Part shown: positions 61,501 to 64,000 of the stretch, piece by piece
Position numbering within the stretch: position 1 is the first letter of the stretch
How the letters are laid out: each line of letters begins with the position of its first letter
Source of the DNA: Phallusia mammillata
Taxonomy: Eukaryota
DNA length: 64,000 bases
Direction of reading: 5' to 3'
Assembly (NCBI GenBank): GCA_965637545.1
Contig: OZ281498.1
Location: forward strand, 5,084,001-5,148,000
The notes under the pieces: model-generated
The model's input: only the letters and a program-made list of their open reading frames with translations
Database searches by the model: none
Told to the model about the DNA's origin: nothing
Translations under genes and position numbers: made by a program

Positions 61501-63700
61501 GATTTACAGTCAGTCATCAATAACCTGCAAACTATAAAATCACATACATGGATGTTATGTTCTGTGATGACATCAAATAGATTTTCCACCATGGGAATTG
61601 TCAAACCACAAGCTCGTAGTGTCAATTCAGTGATACCAGGAAGAAGCTCCATAATAATTTCAAAATGGAGTGTTAAATTAAATTCCTTTAAATGCAACTT
61701 GGGAATCTAACAAAAAAGTGTATAAGCACATCATAATATTTGGCCTACCTACAAGCTGCAAAAATAACAAGTAGCAATTAATATTTTAAATCTTATCATA
61801 ATACTTTCGATTTCAAGTTTCTTGTAATACCCTTTAATACCACAATAGAGTTGATGTTGCAAACCCATTATTTACAAAATTAACATTTAAAAAAAATGTT
61901 TTTTACTTTGTATTTGGATTGTTGAACAGGGCCAAGTAACATATGTAGACCTAATTCAGTGAAAGTGTCTGGATTCCACCAATCCCCCACTTGAAGCTGG
62001 CGAGGTTCTTTCGAAGCTGATAAGACATGACAGGAACTCATTATTTGGTGGGGAAGAAAATTTCCTGACAGTAACAATGAGCCAGGAAGGGAATTGGCAA
62101 CAGCCTTGGTAAACTCATCATCTTTGGACTCATTTGCCCAACTGCACATGTTAAAAAGAGTGGGATCTTTGTCTCTTGAATTGAACTTGTTTACATGTGG
62201 AGATGTTTTTTTGACGTTATGAAAGTATTCTCTTGGTGTAATAGGGAAATCATTAGGTAACTCACTCAAATGGGGGAGAAGCTTTTTGGCTTGGGTTTTC
62301 ACAATCTTTTCCTTATTTTTTGATTGCTGGGTATGAGGAAATAATATTTTCAGTTTGTCTTGGACTTCTCGATGACAAAACCCAAATAGAAAGCGGACAA
62401 CCACATCCCAGGAACTTTGTTGAAATATCTGTTCAATCTTGGACAAAAATTCCTCATAAGATGCAAATACCATGAGATGAAGTGCAGCCAAAAACTCCTG
62501 CCATGTGGCATGAATGAAAAAAAAAGTTTTTTTCCCATCTAAAATCAACAAACCATGTTGTTGTGGATTTTTAGCATGAGTACACATAAATGGCTCAATA
62601 AATTTAATTTCTATGCCATGTTTCTCAAAATCGCTGCTGGGAAACGAAAACTGTCTATTTTCAACACCACTAAAAGCCAGCTTTGTTAGTTGTTTTAAAT
62701 GCTTTCTATCAGTATGAAATTTTTGCTTGTGCTGCCATCGCTCAAGTTGACTCAGAAATACATCAGAAGTTGACAAAACCGGTTTGTTTGACATCAAGTT
62801 GTCAACAAAGTATGGAATGATCAGTTTCGCAAAGATTGGAATAAACAACAATGCAGATACGTTGGGTTGTTTTTCCAGCTCATCTTGGACATGTTTAAGT
62901 TGCTCTTCAGTTTTAGAATACTGTTTGCAGAGAAGATTTTGAGATTCTTTGCTGAGACCTAAAACTTGTAACATAAATTCCGGCTTGCATTTTGGGTTAA
63001 AGTTCAAAAATGCATTAGGTCGAGAAGCAATCAACTTTTTTGCTTTGGGAAGTAAGCGACATTTTACCAAATTCATCAGGATACAGTAAGCTGGTTTCTC
63101 TTCATAAAGTGACATGCCATATGGATGTTTGGAGAAATCACCAGTTATTTCTGCTTCATCCAGCCCATCAATCACAATCAATGTGTTTACAGATTCATTA
63201 ATTTCTTTTAAAATTAAATCATCTTTTTTCTGTTTAAATTTGTGGTCATGATCAGTGGACACAAGAAGGAACTTCAGAACACTGATTTTTTCTGCAAAGT
63301 CAACATCACGTATAGAAATATAGAACACAAATGAATGAGGATATGACTCAATCCAATGCTTCAAAACAAATTTACAAAATGTGGTTTTTCCTATTCCTGC
63401 AATTCCGACTAGTCCAGTCACATTTTGCTTGCTACTGTTTTCATGTGATGATTCCCTTTTCTCATTGTATGCACAGGCTGCTTCCTCAAAAATATTTTCT
63501 GGCATTATATTTTTTTTGTCAGATTGTTTTTTGAACAACCAGCTGCTTGAGTTTCCAAATTCTTCTTCACTCACATTTTCTTGTTTTGTTGCTAGCAGAG
63601 GAACGCGGTCTTTTAGTTTGGATAATGAGCATTTCAGGAAATTTCTCCAAGATTGTTTTTCGGAGTATGTGACTGCTTTTTTCAAAAAACAATCAGTTAA
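58592..63700 (-). CDS. NACHT-LRR (NLR-like) protein, 3' part; exons 63700-61907, 61706-61548, 61417-61259, 60891-60730, 59897-59736, 59258-59106, 58699-58592; N-terminus upstream or off-window
   Basis: Walker A GIAGIGKT, Walker B LIVIDGLDE, sensor IASRP, winged-helix FIHATWQEFLAA, and phase-0 LRR exons (LDLSSNKL, LNLRDNRFGDEGA). Confidence 0.88.
60283..60716. mobile_element. hAT-like MITE in NLR intron
   Basis: TIR tagtgatgggacg / cgtcccatcacta, 8-bp TSD attagtag, internal tactcggtatcg repeats. Confidence 0.9.
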
Positions 63701-64000
63701 CTATGGGTAAAACTTGATTTAGTTGTTTTATAGTGTTTGCAAATGTGTTTTTTAACTATATTTTTTTAATTTTAATAAACATAAATTTGATATCATACTA
63801 GAACAAAAAAGCAAGCTGCAACACACAGAAATGATTTTAAAACATCGGTACATCTTGTCCACTTTTTTGCAGTACATGCGAAATTTGCTTTCATATCATA
63901 GAAATGCTCATAAGACCGTCTATTGCAGTAGGCTAAAGTTATGTAGGCCTAAAGTTAAAAACAACAACTTGAATTTAAACACTGAACTAACCTTCAGCTG

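Overview
Eukaryotic, AT-rich, gene-dense 64 kb window with short GT-AG introns. The gene set and compactness suggest an invertebrate chordate, probably an ascidian (inference). I reconstructed spliced gene models by hand, checking codon phase across junctions for most (CFAP206 boundaries are approximate). In order: MAD2L2/REV7 (-, runs off the left edge), RPL8 (-), EPHX2 (-, intronless CDS), class IA PI3K p110 (+, intronless CDS), cation-dependent M6P receptor (+), AURKAIP1/mS38-like (-), CMTM4-like (+), CFAP206 (+), RNF103 (+), CCDC50-like (+), GABARAP/ATG8 (-), a claudin (+), UBE2T (-) and a NACHT-LRR (NLR-like) gene (-, runs off the right edge). There are at least four intronic snoRNAs and many small DNA-transposon derivatives (hAT, Mutator, Tc1, long-TIR, Helentron-like), plus a solo LTR. 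Two observations stand out. (1) One claudin N-terminal half (exons 1-3) is followed by three different phase-compatible C-terminal modules (TM3-ECL2-TM4-tail), each with its own stop and C-terminal Val, and a degenerate inverted copy of one tail lies about 5 kb away. (2) RPL8 is followed almost immediately by non-coding exons whose introns carry snoRNAs and which lead into MAD2L2, an operon-like arrangement. No CRISPR array, tRNA or rRNA gene was found. All family assignments come from motif recognition, not database searches.
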